Source: Pseudomonadota bacterium
Lineage (GTDB): Bacteria > Myxococcota_A > Polyangia > Polyangiales > Polyangiaceae
Direction of reading: 5' to 3'
Length of the DNA stretch: 64,000 bases
Assembly (NCBI GenBank): GCA_023418705.1
Contig: JAEZYZ010000062.1
Span: forward strand, 17,875-81,874
Shown here: in pieces, positions 36,354 through 45,800 of the stretch
Numbering within the stretch: the first letter of the stretch is position 1
How the letters are laid out: every line of letters starts with the position of its first letter
Made by a program: the position numbers and the translations under genes
The notes under the pieces: generated by a model
Seen by the model: the letters and a program-made list of their open reading frames with translations, nothing else
What the model was told of the DNA's origin: nothing
The model's database searches: none

Positions 36354-37232
36354 CTAGCGCCCAGATTCGGCGGCAAGCTCCCCGAGCATGCCGCGGAGCC
36401 CCGCGCGCCAGTGGAGGGACTTGGCGCCGAGGATTTCCCAGGTGCTGGTCTTGTCGAGCACGCTGTACGCCGGACGGCGCGCGGGCGTGGGGTAGTCTTC
36501 GGTTCGGATGGGCTCGACCGCCACCGCGCGTTCGAGGACCCCCAAAGAGAGGGCCTCCTCGGCGATGGCCACGGCGAAGTCGTACCAGCTGGCGACCCCG
36601 GCGTCGGACCAATGCTGGACACCCGCTGCGTCCGGTGCCCGCGCGAGACTCCAGAGCGCGGTCGCCAAACCCCGGGCCCAGGTCGGGGTGCCGACCTGAT
36701 CGCTGATGACCCGCAGCTGATCGCGCTCTCGCATCAGGCGCAGCATGGTCTTGACGAAGTTATGCCCGTGCGAGGAGTAAAGCCAAGAGGTGCGGACCAC
36801 CAGCGCTCGGCCCGCCGTCGCTGCCAAGACGAGCTGCTCGCCCGCGAGCTTGCTCTGCCCGTAGACCCCGAGCGGCGCGGTCGTGTCATCGGGCCGGTAG
36901 GGGCGGTTCGCTTCACCCGAGAACACGAAGTCTGTCGACACGTGCACCACCCGCGCCCCAACTTCGCGACCGGCGAGCGCGACCGACTCGGCGCCCGTCG
37001 CGTTCACGGCGAAGGCGGCCTCCCGATTCGATTCGGCGGCGTCGACGGCCGTGTAGGCGGCCGCGTTGAAGAGGATCGCCGGCCGCTCGGTCGTCACCGC
37101 ACGGAAAACGGCGGCGCGGTCTTTGATGTCGAGCTCCGCTTCGGTTCGACACGCAAGCGTCACGCCGGCGGGCGCGCTGCGGGCGAGCTCGGAGCCGAGC
37201 TGACCCGAGGCACCAACGATCAACGCCTTCAC
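36354..37232 (-). CDS. rmlD: dTDP-4-dehydrorhamnose reductase
   Basis: KALIVGASGQLG, NAAAYTAVDAAE, VHVSTDFVFSG, YGQSKLAGE, TSWLYS, DQVGTPTW. The GTG at 37232 overlaps the rmlC stop (GTGA). The track start at 37313 would overlap rmlC by 85 nt. Confidence 0.9.
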   Translation of the reverse strand: MKALIVGASGQLGSELARSAPAGVTLACRTEAELDIKDRAAVFRAVTTERPAILFNAAAYTAVDAAESNREAAFAVNATGAESVALAGREVGARVVHVSTDFVFSGEANRPYRPDDTTAPLGVYGQSKLAGEQLVLAATAGRALVVRTSWLYSSHGHNFVKTMLRLMRERDQLRVISDQVGTPTWARGLATALWSLARAPDAAGVQHWSDAGVASWYDFAVAIAEEALSLGVLERAVAVEPIRTEDYPTPARRPAYSVLDKTSTWEILGAKSLHWRAGLRGMLGELAAESGR

Positions 37233-37774
37233 GGATACACCTCCGCCCCCGACAGAAGGGGCGCCGCGGCGTCTTTGGAGCTCAAGAGCAGCTCGTCCCG
37301 CAAGAGCGGCCACTCGATCCCGATCTCCGGGTCATCCCAGCGGATCGACCGCTCGTGCTCCGGGGCGTAGACGTCGGTGCACGCATAGAGAATGGTGGCG
37401 AAGGCGCTCGTGACATAAAAGCCGTGCGCGAAGCCTGGGGGGACGTACAGCGCGCGCCGATTCTGCGCCGAGAGCGCGCAGCCGAACCACTTGCCGAAAT
37501 GCGGGGAGCTCTTGCGCACGTCGACGGCGACGTCGAAGACCTCGCCGTCCAGCGCCCGTACGAGCTTCCCTTGAGCCTTCTGTATCTGGTAGTGCAGGCC
37601 GCGGAGCACCCCGCGGCGGGAGCGGCTCTCGTTCTCCTGAACGAAGCGGGCGTCGATCCCGGCAGCGGCGAAGCGCTGGGCGTGCCACGCCTCCATGAAG
37701 TAACCCCGGTCATCGCCGAACACCTTGGGCTCGACGAGGAACACACCCGGTAGGGACGTCTGTTCGATGTTCAT
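37229..37774 (-). CDS. rmlC: dTDP-4-dehydrorhamnose 3,5-epimerase
   Basis: 181 aa. FGDDRGYFMEAW, RGLHYQ, KLVRALDGEVFDVAVDVR, YVPPGFAHGF. Confidence 0.95.
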   Translation of the reverse strand: MNIEQTSLPGVFLVEPKVFGDDRGYFMEAWHAQRFAAAGIDARFVQENESRSRRGVLRGLHYQIQKAQGKLVRALDGEVFDVAVDVRKSSPHFGKWFGCALSAQNRRALYVPPGFAHGFYVTSAFATILYACTDVYAPEHERSIRWDDPEIGIEWPLLRDELLLSSKDAAAPLLSGAEVYP

Positions 37775-37807
37775 GCTGAAGGCCTCGGATTTCGCGTCCC
37801 TGGCGGC

Positions 37808-38707
37808 TCAGGGGCGGCCGCCATCGCGCAGCAAGCCTAGCAGATACTCCCCGTAGCCGCTTTTGCACAGCGGCTCGGCGAGCCGCTCGAGCTCGCCGGC
37901 GCCGATGAACCCCATCCGATAGGCGATCTCTTCGGGACACGCGATCTTCAGCCCCTGACGCTGTTCGATCACGCGAACATAGTTGGCGGCGTCGAGCAGT
38001 GACTCGTGCGTGCCAGTGTCCAGCCATGCGAAGCCTCGTCCGAGCAGCTCGACCCGCAGCCGTTTCCGATCGAGGTACGTCTGGTTCACGCTGGTGATCT
38101 CGAGCTCGCCCCGGCTCGACGGGCGGATCTCGCCGGCGATCGAGACCACGTCGTTGTCGTAGAAGTAAAGCCCGATCACGGCCCAGTTCGATTTGGGGTT
38201 GCGGGGCTTCTCCTCGATGCCGCGCGGCGCTCCGTGCTCGTCCAGGTCCACCACCCCGTAGCGCTCCGGGTCGCGCACGTAGTAGCCGAAGATGGTGGCG
38301 CCGGTGGTGCGCTCGCTCGCGGAGCGCAGCTTGCCCGGCAGGCCGTGGCCGAAGAAGATGTTGTCGCCGAGGACCAACGCGCACGGATCGCGACCGATGA
38401 ATTCCTTGCCGATGAGGAACGCTTGCGCGAGCCCTTCGGGCCGGGGCTGCTCCGCGTAGCGGATCGAAATACCCCACTGCGAGCCGTCCTCGAGCAAGCG
38501 CTGAAACTGGGGTCCGTCTTCCGGTGTCGTGATGATCAGGACGTCGCGAATGCCAGCCAGCATCAAGGTCGACAAGGGATAGTAGATGAGCGGCTTGTCG
38601 TAGACGGCTGCCAGTTGCTTGCTGATGGCCCGGGTGATGGGATAGAGGCGGGTGCCGGAGCCGCCGGCCAGGATGATGCCTTTTCTGTGGTGCACGGGCG
38701 GCATCAT
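37808..38707 (-). CDS. rmlA: glucose-1-phosphate thymidylyltransferase
   Basis: 299 aa. [72 protein letters not shown]. Confidence 0.95.
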   Translation of the reverse strand: MMPPVHHRKGIILAGGSGTRLYPITRAISKQLAAVYDKPLIYYPLSTLMLAGIRDVLIITTPEDGPQFQRLLEDGSQWGISIRYAEQPRPEGLAQAFLIGKEFIGRDPCALVLGDNIFFGHGLPGKLRSASERTTGATIFGYYVRDPERYGVVDLDEHGAPRGIEEKPRNPKSNWAVIGLYFYDNDVVSIAGEIRPSSRGELEITSVNQTYLDRKRLRVELLGRGFAWLDTGTHESLLDAANYVRVIEQRQGLKIACPEEIAYRMGFIGAGELERLAEPLCKSGYGEYLLGLLRDGGRP

Positions 38708-39026
38708 ACAGCGCTGGCCCTACATCGGAAACCAGCAACGACGGCGACCAATGGCGCACGGGGAGAGCCGCTCGGAGTCCGAAGTGGGCGCCCCGCGCAG
38801 GGATGGACCACTCCGAACGATGACAGCCGCTGTCGATCGGCGTGATTTGCAATTGCCCGATCATCGCATTGAGCTAGAAGAGGGGCACGATTGGTTTTCG
38901 TGCGCTGACGCGTGACTCATGACGTCACCTGCGAGCGTGTCATCGATCGGGGCCGTGCTCCCTACCTCGGAGCGGGGCCGATCGCCGATGCGTCAGGCGG
39001 CGAACACCTCTAGCGACGAGGATGGA

Positions 39027-40802
39027 ATGCAGAAACGATCCTGTTTGATGTGGTTGTGCGGGGCGGCGGTGGCGCTGCTGGGCTGCTCGGCGCCCGCCGG
39101 CTCGGACGAATCCCTGGCTCGAGCCCAAACGCCGCTCGCCGGCGCCGCCGCTTCTGGCGTCGTGCCCGCGGGGCTGCCGGCGCGCCTGGGCGTCGGGCTG
39201 TTCTCCGACCACGGGGACACCTGGATGCGCGACAGCGGGGTCCGCTGGGATTTGCGCTACCGCTACTTCACCAAAGGCTGGGTGAACAACTGGGGATGGA
39301 GCGACAGCGACGGATCCTGGGGGCTGTCGTACCTGCGGGAGTGCGACCAGCAGGGGTTCATCCCGGCGATTCAGTACTACCAGATGAACGGTGAACCCGG
39401 CGGCGGTGAGGCGCAGTTCTACGAAAAGACGCGCAACGCCGGGACGATGCGCTCGTACTTCGGTGACTTCAAAATCTTGATGCAGCGGGTCAAAGACTTC
39501 GGCAAGCCCGTGGTGGTGCTGCTCGAGGCGGACGGCTACGCGTTCATCCAGCAGCAGAGCGGGGACAACCCTGGCGCCTACGCGGCGGTCGCGGACACCG
39601 GGATGCCCGAGCTCGCCGGTTTGTCGAACAGCGCCGCGGGTTGGGGTCAGGCGTTCTTGCAGATCCGCAAGAGCGTCGGCGCGAACAACGCGATCCTGGG
39701 GATCCACGTGTCCGCCTGGGCGAGTGGGAAAGACATCGCCCATTTCAATGTCACCGACCCGCTCGAGCCGGAAGTCAGCAAGGTCTACACGTTCCTCTCG
39801 AAGCTCGGGCTCGGCCCGAACCCGACGGGCGAAACGTACGACGTGTTGGTTGGCGATCCGCTCGATCGCGACGCCGACTACTATCGGCTCGAGCACGGCC
39901 AAGATCGCTGGTGGGATCCGAGCGATGGCGCGTCCATCCACTCGAAGAGCTTCAACCGCTACGCCGAGTGGTTGCGGCTTTGGAACGAGACGGCGAGCCG
40001 CCGCTGGGTTCTCTGGCAGCTGCCGCTCGGCAACTCGAGCCACCTGAACGTACCGAACAACGGCGGACCGCGGCAAGGCTATCGCGACAACCGGGTCGAG
40101 TACTTCTTCGGCAACGGGACGGCGCACCTGACCAAGTTCGCCGATGCCGGCGTCATCGCTCTCTTGTTCGGCGCAGGGGCCTCCGGTCAATCCTCGTACA
40201 CGAACGATCTGCACACCGACGGGCAGCCCTACCTGAAGGGCCGCGCGGGGAGCATCCTGAACGCTGGCGGCGTCGCGATCGCGACCGGCAGGGGAGGCGG
40301 CGACCCGGGCACCGGCGGCAGCGGTGGCAGCGGCGGCAGCGGTGGCACCGGCGGTGGGTCCGGCAACACCGTGGACTACTCGTTCGAGAGCGGCGTGCAG
40401 GGATGGACGGCCACCGGCGGTCTCATTCGGTCGATCGCAAGCTCGACCGATCAGGCGTTCGACGGCGCCCGTTCGCTGCGCATCTCCCTGAACGGATCGG
40501 GGACCGAGCGCGTGCGGGTGAGCGCGCCGGCCGTCCCCGCCGGAGCGCGCGTCACCTTCCAGCTCTACGTCCCCGCGGGAGTGTCTCTGGTCTCGGTGCA
40601 GCCGTATGGCCTGCAGGGCGCGGCCGGTGGCTGGACGTGGACGGGCAGCTGGACCTCCGGAGCCGAGCTGCGCGCCGGATGGAACACGCTCTCGTTCACC
40701 GTGCCGGCCGAGGCGACGACACCGCTCTACGAGATCGGGCTGGAGATCTCGGCGAATCGGATCCGCAGCCGGTCCATCTATCTCGACGCCGTCGACTGGT
40801 GA
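39027..40802 (+). CDS. secreted lipoprotein; N-terminal glycan-hydrolase-like domain, GGS linker, C-terminal CBM-like beta-sandwich
   Basis: ATG at 39027 preceded by GAGGA. Lipobox ALLGCS. About 400 aa rich in W/Y/D/E (WDLRYRYFTKGWVNNWGW, VVVLLEADGYAF, VLWQLPLGNS). (GGS)n linker. About 150-aa C-terminal module (DYSFESGVQGWTATGG...SLRISL...IYLDAVDW), typical of carbohydrate-binding modules. The function is inferred, not established. Confidence 0.55.
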   Translation: MQKRSCLMWLCGAAVALLGCSAPAGSDESLARAQTPLAGAAASGVVPAGLPARLGVGLFSDHGDTWMRDSGVRWDLRYRYFTKGWVNNWGWSDSDGSWGLSYLRECDQQGFIPAIQYYQMNGEPGGGEAQFYEKTRNAGTMRSYFGDFKILMQRVKDFGKPVVVLLEADGYAFIQQQSGDNPGAYAAVADTGMPELAGLSNSAAGWGQAFLQIRKSVGANNAILGIHVSAWASGKDIAHFNVTDPLEPEVSKVYTFLSKLGLGPNPTGETYDVLVGDPLDRDADYYRLEHGQDRWWDPSDGASIHSKSFNRYAEWLRLWNETASRRWVLWQLPLGNSSHLNVPNNGGPRQGYRDNRVEYFFGNGTAHLTKFADAGVIALLFGAGASGQSSYTNDLHTDGQPYLKGRAGSILNAGGVAIATGRGGGDPGTGGSGGSGGSGGTGGGSGNTVDYSFESGVQGWTATGGLIRSIASSTDQAFDGARSLRISLNGSGTERVRVSAPAVPAGARVTFQLYVPAGVSLVSVQPYGLQGAAGGWTWTGSWTSGAELRAGWNTLSFTVPAEATTPLYEIGLEISANRIRSRSIYLDAVDW

Positions 40803-40835
40803 GCGGTCATGCGTGGGCCAACCCCGCCCGCGCGC

Positions 40836-41555
40836 TCAGCCTGCGGGCGGGCCCTTGCCGGGTCCGCCCGCGCCGAGCTGGCGCTCCAACTCGGCGCAGC
40901 GGCTGGCGACGCGCGTGAGCACCCGGCAGAGCTCCTCGGCCGCGTAGGGGTCGAGGGCGTCGCAACGTTCGGGTGCTGTTTCGAGCAAACGCTCGAGCTC
41001 GCGCGCCCACTTCAGCGGCTTCGGCAGCGGGCGCCGCCCTCTTCGCCGATCCCGCGGGCGGCGCGCCACCTCGAGCTCGAGGCGGCGTTTGGTCCAACGC
41101 TCCTCGGCGGCGCGCTGCAACAGCGCCCGCTGCTCTTCCAGCGCGAGCCCCGCCACGGCTCGAAAATGGCTGACCCCGAGCTCGGTGCGCTCGAAGAGCT
41201 GGGGGAAGCGCAACGACATCTCATAGACCGAGAGCGCTCGCCACAGGGTGGTGAGCTTGACGCCCACGTCGGGGTGCGCTGCCAGTTGCCGCAAGGAGGC
41301 CGTGCTCTGCCCCTGCCTGGGGCGTGTCCGGCGTCCTTGGTAGAGCTCGCGAAAGATCGTCTCCCCGATCTGCAGCACCTGGTTCAAGGTTTCGCCGTTG
41401 CCGATCGCCTTCAGGCGGGCGGCGACCCGTTCGACGAGGACCTCGGCCACCGGCGCTGGCTCCTCCGCGCGCAAGAGCTCGCTGATGTCGGAGGGGCGAT
41501 CGGCCGAGCCGTCTTCGAGCTCTGGGCCGGGCTGTTCGTCGGGGGCGGCGGGCAT
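40836..41555 (-). CDS. hypothetical protein with ParB-like helix-turn-helix segment
   Basis: ATG at 41555 preceded by GGAGG. LRQLAAHPDVGVKLTTLWRALSVYEM...LGVSHFRAVAGLALEEQRALLQRAAEERWTKRRLE resembles the ParB/Spo0J HTH region. Basic Arg-rich tract RRPRDRRRGRRPLPKP. Confidence 0.4.
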   Translation of the reverse strand: MPAAPDEQPGPELEDGSADRPSDISELLRAEEPAPVAEVLVERVAARLKAIGNGETLNQVLQIGETIFRELYQGRRTRPRQGQSTASLRQLAAHPDVGVKLTTLWRALSVYEMSLRFPQLFERTELGVSHFRAVAGLALEEQRALLQRAAEERWTKRRLELEVARRPRDRRRGRRPLPKPLKWARELERLLETAPERCDALDPYAAEELCRVLTRVASRCAELERQLGAGGPGKGPPAG

Positions 41556-41732
41556 GCGGAAAGCCTCCGAAGCGGATGGCGCGGGTTCACGGGAGCGCCG
41601 AACGACCTGGCGAGGGCGCGCAGCGATTCCGACCAGCATACGACGCTCGGCGGCGAAATTTAAGCGCTTGCCACGACGCCGGAGGCTTTGAGCCAGGGCG
41701 GAAACACCGGAGGCCGCGGCGCCGAAGCGGCG

Positions 41733-42959
41733 TCACTCGGCGGCGGCGTGCCGTACCCCGCGGCGCTCCTTTGAGAGGCCGCTCTCTTCGAGGATGCGCC
41801 GACTATGGGCTTCCCACGTATAGCGGGCCTCGACCTCTGCACGCGCGGCGCGTCCCAGCCTTCGCGCCAAGGCTTCGTCGGTGAGAGCGGCCGTGATGGC
41901 CTCACCCAGCCCGCGTCCGCTCGCGTCGAAGATCAACCCCGTGCGGCCGTGCTCGAGCACGTCGAGGATGGGCTCGGTCCCAGGCGCCACGACGGGTTTG
42001 CTGGCCGCCATGTACTCGAACATTTTGATCGGCGATCGGAAGGCGTTCGATTGCGGGATCACGGTCACCTGGCACAGCTCGATCAGGCGGCGCACCTCCG
42101 GGTGGCTGACGCGCCCGGTGAAGCGCAGCGCCTGGCGGACGCCGAGGCGCTCGGCGTGGGCCTCGATGGTCCTGCGCTCGCGACCGTCACCGACGATCAA
42201 CAGGACGGCCCGCGGGACCCGCGCGCGTGCCTGCTGGAACGCCTGGAGCAGGAGCGGGAAGTTGTGCCATTCGATCAACGCGCCGACGAAGCCGACGACC
42301 GGCTCGTCCCCGAGCCCGACGCGCTGCCGGAGCGCTGCGAGCTCCGGCTCCGGGATCTTTGCCTCGAGCCACTCCCGACCCACGGCGTTGGGGATCGTGA
42401 TGGCCGGCACCCGACCCTCCGTCAGCTCGCGCACCCGCTCCGTCAGAAAATCGGACACGCACACCACGAGCCGAGCGCGCTGAAACACGAAGCGCTCGGC
42501 GCGCTGCGCCAGGCCGACCAGCTTCTGGTCCCGGGCGCGCTCGTAGCCCGAGAGCTCGTTCACCTCCACCACGTGCGGGATCTTGCGCCGGCTGGCCGCG
42601 ATCGAGCCGGCGACATTGAAGAACGCGTGGCGCTCGTACAAAAGCTCAGGCTGCCAGCGCGTTAGCGCGCGCAGCAGCCGTGGCACGGCGACCGCGTTGT
42701 AAGCGATCTCGAGCGCTTCGAAAGCCAGCTGCGGCGCGTGATCGGCGAGTCCGTGCAGCAGTCGAACCCACGCTGGGCTCGCGTGCTGGGGGGTGGTCGT
42801 TGCCGCTGGCACTGGCGCTGGCGCTCGCAATGGGTCGATGCCGGAGGGCGACACGAACTGCACGTCGTGGCCGAGCTGCGCCCATCCGCCGGCGATCCCC
42901 GCGATATGCACCGCTTCCGCGCCGATCCCGCGGACACGGAAGTGATAGACGATGTTCAC
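41733..42959 (-). CDS. GT-B fold glycosyltransferase (family 4-like)
   Basis: 408 aa, GTG start. C-terminal VVGFVGALIEWHNFPLLLQAF, LLIVGDGRER, FTGRVSHPEV, and an EX7E-like FEYMAASKPVVAP...E. Confidence 0.85.
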   Translation of the reverse strand: MNIVYHFRVRGIGAEAVHIAGIAGGWAQLGHDVQFVSPSGIDPLRAPAPVPAATTTPQHASPAWVRLLHGLADHAPQLAFEALEIAYNAVAVPRLLRALTRWQPELLYERHAFFNVAGSIAASRRKIPHVVEVNELSGYERARDQKLVGLAQRAERFVFQRARLVVCVSDFLTERVRELTEGRVPAITIPNAVGREWLEAKIPEPELAALRQRVGLGDEPVVGFVGALIEWHNFPLLLQAFQQARARVPRAVLLIVGDGRERRTIEAHAERLGVRQALRFTGRVSHPEVRRLIELCQVTVIPQSNAFRSPIKMFEYMAASKPVVAPGTEPILDVLEHGRTGLIFDASGRGLGEAITAALTDEALARRLGRAARAEVEARYTWEAHSRRILEESGLSKERRGVRHAAAE

Positions 42960-43225
42960 CTTGCCTCCTTAGGGTTCCGGACAACCGGTGGGATGGGCCC
43001 AAGCAAGCGGTGTGCCTCCTGGCGGGAGGTCGCGACGACCCGGGACCACGCGGTCGTGGGCGTGCCCTGGCGCCACTGCGTGGCGCCTCGCCTCGCGACA
43101 GCTCAGGCAGGCGGCGGTGCGGTCGAAGCCGCAACCCCCGTGCTTGCCTCGGGAAGTGACGCAGGCCTTGGCGGGCGAGGCCGCGATCACAGATCGTGGA
43201 ACGCGGCTTGCCTCGCGCCTGCGAC

Positions 43226-44167
43226 ATGAAGTGGCAGCTCAAGGCCGCGCTTCAGGGCGTGCTCGGGCGCGTGCCCTATGGACGGCGTGTGAATCTCGCC
43301 TTTCAGGAGCGCCACGGCGAAATCCGGCGCTTCGACGCGCCTCGGGTGGTCGGCGCGATGGTCGAGCACTTCATCGCGCCAGCGGCGGAACAGCTGGGTG
43401 GCATCGAACAGCGCCGCGTGCTCGAGATCGGCACCGGCTGGTTGCCGACCCTCCCTTGCCTGTTCGCGGCGCTCGGGGCAGAGGTGTCGACCTTCGACAT
43501 CGCCAGGCACCTGAGCGCCGAGCGCGGCCGAAACGTCTGGGACGCTGTCCAGAAAGAGCTGCCGAGCGCGCTGTCGGCCCACGGATTGAGCTTGCCCATC
43601 CTTCGCCACGGGGCCGCCGCGGACGGACAGCGCCCGCGCGAGGTGCTCGCGCCGCTCGGGATCCAGTACACCGCGCCGGCCGACACCACCCGCCTGCCCG
43701 TCGCGTCCGCGTCCCAGGATCTCGTCATCTCGAACCTGACCTTGCAACACATCCCCCCGAAGGTCTTGCCAGCGGTGCTCCGCGAGCTCACGCGCGTGCT
43801 GCGTCCGGGAGGCATCGCCATCCACCGCGTCAACCTGCACGACGAGTACGCCTCCGTCGACCCCAGCGTGAGCGCCATCAATTTTTTGAGATACCCCGAT
43901 TGGTTTTGGGAGAGCTTCGGCAACAATCCCATCAAATACGTCAACCGCGAACGCTACCCCTGGTACCTCGAGCAGCTCGCAGACAGCGGCGTCGAGTGCC
44001 TGCACCTCCGGCGCCGTGAAGACGCGCGCGCGCTGCCCGCGCTCAGGGGCAAGCCGCTCGCAGCGCGGTTCCAGAAATACTCGGCCAGTGAGCTTTCCAC
44101 CGTCGGCATCCACGTGCTGCTACGCAAACCGGCCCGAGACGCCGCGGCGGATCTCGCGGCGGAGTAG
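43226..44167 (+). CDS. class I SAM-dependent methyltransferase
   Basis: VLEIGTGWLP (motif I), an acidic residue after the beta2-like strand STFDI, LVISNLTLQHIPP, LRPGGIAIH. ATG at 43226 (MKWQLKAALQGVLGRVPYG). Confidence 0.75.
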   Translation: MKWQLKAALQGVLGRVPYGRRVNLAFQERHGEIRRFDAPRVVGAMVEHFIAPAAEQLGGIEQRRVLEIGTGWLPTLPCLFAALGAEVSTFDIARHLSAERGRNVWDAVQKELPSALSAHGLSLPILRHGAAADGQRPREVLAPLGIQYTAPADTTRLPVASASQDLVISNLTLQHIPPKVLPAVLRELTRVLRPGGIAIHRVNLHDEYASVDPSVSAINFLRYPDWFWESFGNNPIKYVNRERYPWYLEQLADSGVECLHLRRREDARALPALRGKPLAARFQKYSASELSTVGIHVLLRKPARDAAADLAAE

Positions 44168-44490
44168 CCACAGGTTGGCATCCCAGCGCCCTGCTTGTTT
44201 GGGTTCGTGCGCATCAGCACCCACCGTCGAGTGTTCACGCACCCATTGCCTGTCGATGACGCCATCGCTCGTGTTCGCAGGTGGCTCGAGCAACCGAATG
44301 TCACTTTCCTGGCGCCAGGCGCTCGCTATTCAGAGGTAGCGTTCGGCCTGCTCTCAGAGCTCGGTGCCGGCGCAAACCAACTGCCGACGTGCAGCTCGCA
44401 GCACACGCCATCGAGTGTAACGGGGAGGTGCACTCGAACGATGGCGACTTTGCTCGCATTCAAGGCCTGCGATGGGTCAACCCCCTCCGC
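44168..44490 (+). pseudogene. PIN-domain (VapC-type) toxin remnant: 5-prime truncated and frameshifted
   Basis: The first frame reads VGIPAPCLFGFVRISTHRRVFTHPLPVDDAIARVRRWLEQPNVTFLAPGARYSEVAFGLLSELGAGANQLP. After a 1-nt shift near 44386-44388 it continues as DVQLAAHAIECNGEVHSNDGDFARIQGLRWVNPL. The N-terminal ~50 aa with the first PIN Asp are missing, because the frame begins right after the methyltransferase stop. No antitoxin gene is present. Confidence 0.65.
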
Positions 44491-45098
44491 GGGCTGACCG
44501 CCCCCGCGCTCCCGCCCTTGCCGCTCAGTGCGCGGGCCCGATCTATTCCGCAGGGGAAGGCTCCATGGGGTAGACGCAACCCGGCACGACCTTGAGCACG
44601 CGGGTGTAGACGTTCGTCTGTGTCACCAGCCACAGCGTATCATCCCCGCCGCTCACCAGGTGCATCTCGCGGAAATCTCTAACCACCCCGTTCTCCGATG
44701 GGTCGATCTCCACAAGGGCCCCAGTGCGACAGCGACATCGTGTGCCTCGCCTCACGAACACCACGGGCCGGAGATGGCGACGGTAGTGGTGGAGAAATGG
44801 GTGCAGCGGGCGCCGGTGGGGTGCTCCAGCCTGGCGGTTCGGGAAACGAGACGAGTGGAGTGGCTGGAAGTCTCGGCTCACACGACGGCGCCGGAAGGGC
44901 CGGGAGTGCGTCCGGTTCGGAAGGCGATTCCGGTGGCGAAAGGGACGCGGAGCCCGGGCATGCCTTGAGCGAGAGCCCTGCCTGCATGATCGGATATCGA
45001 CGTGTCTCGACGACGAGGTATCTACCGGTTGTTCTCAGTATTCTCGGGGTGGGGGCGTGCGTCCGGCGCAAGCGGCGGTTTATGGTTGCTCGCTTTCC

Positions 45099-45740
45099 AT
45101 GAAGACGTGCTTGCTCTTGCTGATCGCACTCACCGGATGTGGTTCCCGTGGGATCGGAACCGATCCAGCCACCTGCTCGAACTCTGAACAGCAGTGCGCG
45201 GGGACCCGACTTTGCTACTCGGGCTGCTATTGTCGAACGGGTGTGCATGACCGCTGCCTTTCGGCTTGTTCCCTTCAGGGCGACGAGCCGCTCGTAGCGT
45301 ATCCGCCGCCGGTTGCCCCTGCCAATCTCGACCTCGCGCGCGAGCTCGTCGCGTACATCAACGAGCTGCGCCGCTCACCGCCGTCCTGCGACGGCAGCCA
45401 GCCCCCCGAAGGGTTGGTGGATCTCGAATACGATGAGCGGCTGACTCTGGCCGCGGGACGGCACGCCACCGATATGGTCGGGCGAGGCTACTTCGGGCAT
45501 CACAGCCCGGAGGAGGCGAACGTCGTCGATCGCGCTCGAGCCGCCGGCTACCGCGGCTGCGCCGGGGGGGAGAACCTCGCCCGGGGTCACCTCGAACCGA
45601 AGGCGGTAGTGACCGCCAGGCTCGCAAGTCCTTCGCACCGCGAGAACCTCATCGGGTCTGAGTACCAGGCGGCTGGTGTCGCGGTGACCTTCGATGGCGA
45701 GACGCCGCTGTGGGTGTTGACCCTCGGAGACCAGCGTTGA
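45099..45740 (+). CDS. CAP/SCP (YkwD-like) domain lipoprotein with Cys-rich N-terminal segment
   Basis: MKTCLLLLIALTGCGS lipobox. The CAP pattern is YINELRRS..., LEYDERLTLAAGRHATDM, YFGHHSPE, GGENLARG, SPSHRENL. Confidence 0.75.
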   Translation: MKTCLLLLIALTGCGSRGIGTDPATCSNSEQQCAGTRLCYSGCYCRTGVHDRCLSACSLQGDEPLVAYPPPVAPANLDLARELVAYINELRRSPPSCDGSQPPEGLVDLEYDERLTLAAGRHATDMVGRGYFGHHSPEEANVVDRARAAGYRGCAGGENLARGHLEPKAVVTARLASPSHRENLIGSEYQAAGVAVTFDGETPLWVLTLGDQR

Positions 45741-45800
45741 CGTGGCCAGCGGCGGACTGTCCTGCTTTCCGCCTCACGGCCATGAACAAACCTAGCGAAT

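Noticed and set aside
38940-40918. 424-aa minus-strand ORF (38940-40214) and 425-aa plus-strand off-frame ORF (39641-40918) over the hydrolase-like lipoprotein gene
   Set aside because: The translations are low-complexity and Arg-rich. The accepted frame has an RBS, a lipobox and a W/Y-rich globular sequence.
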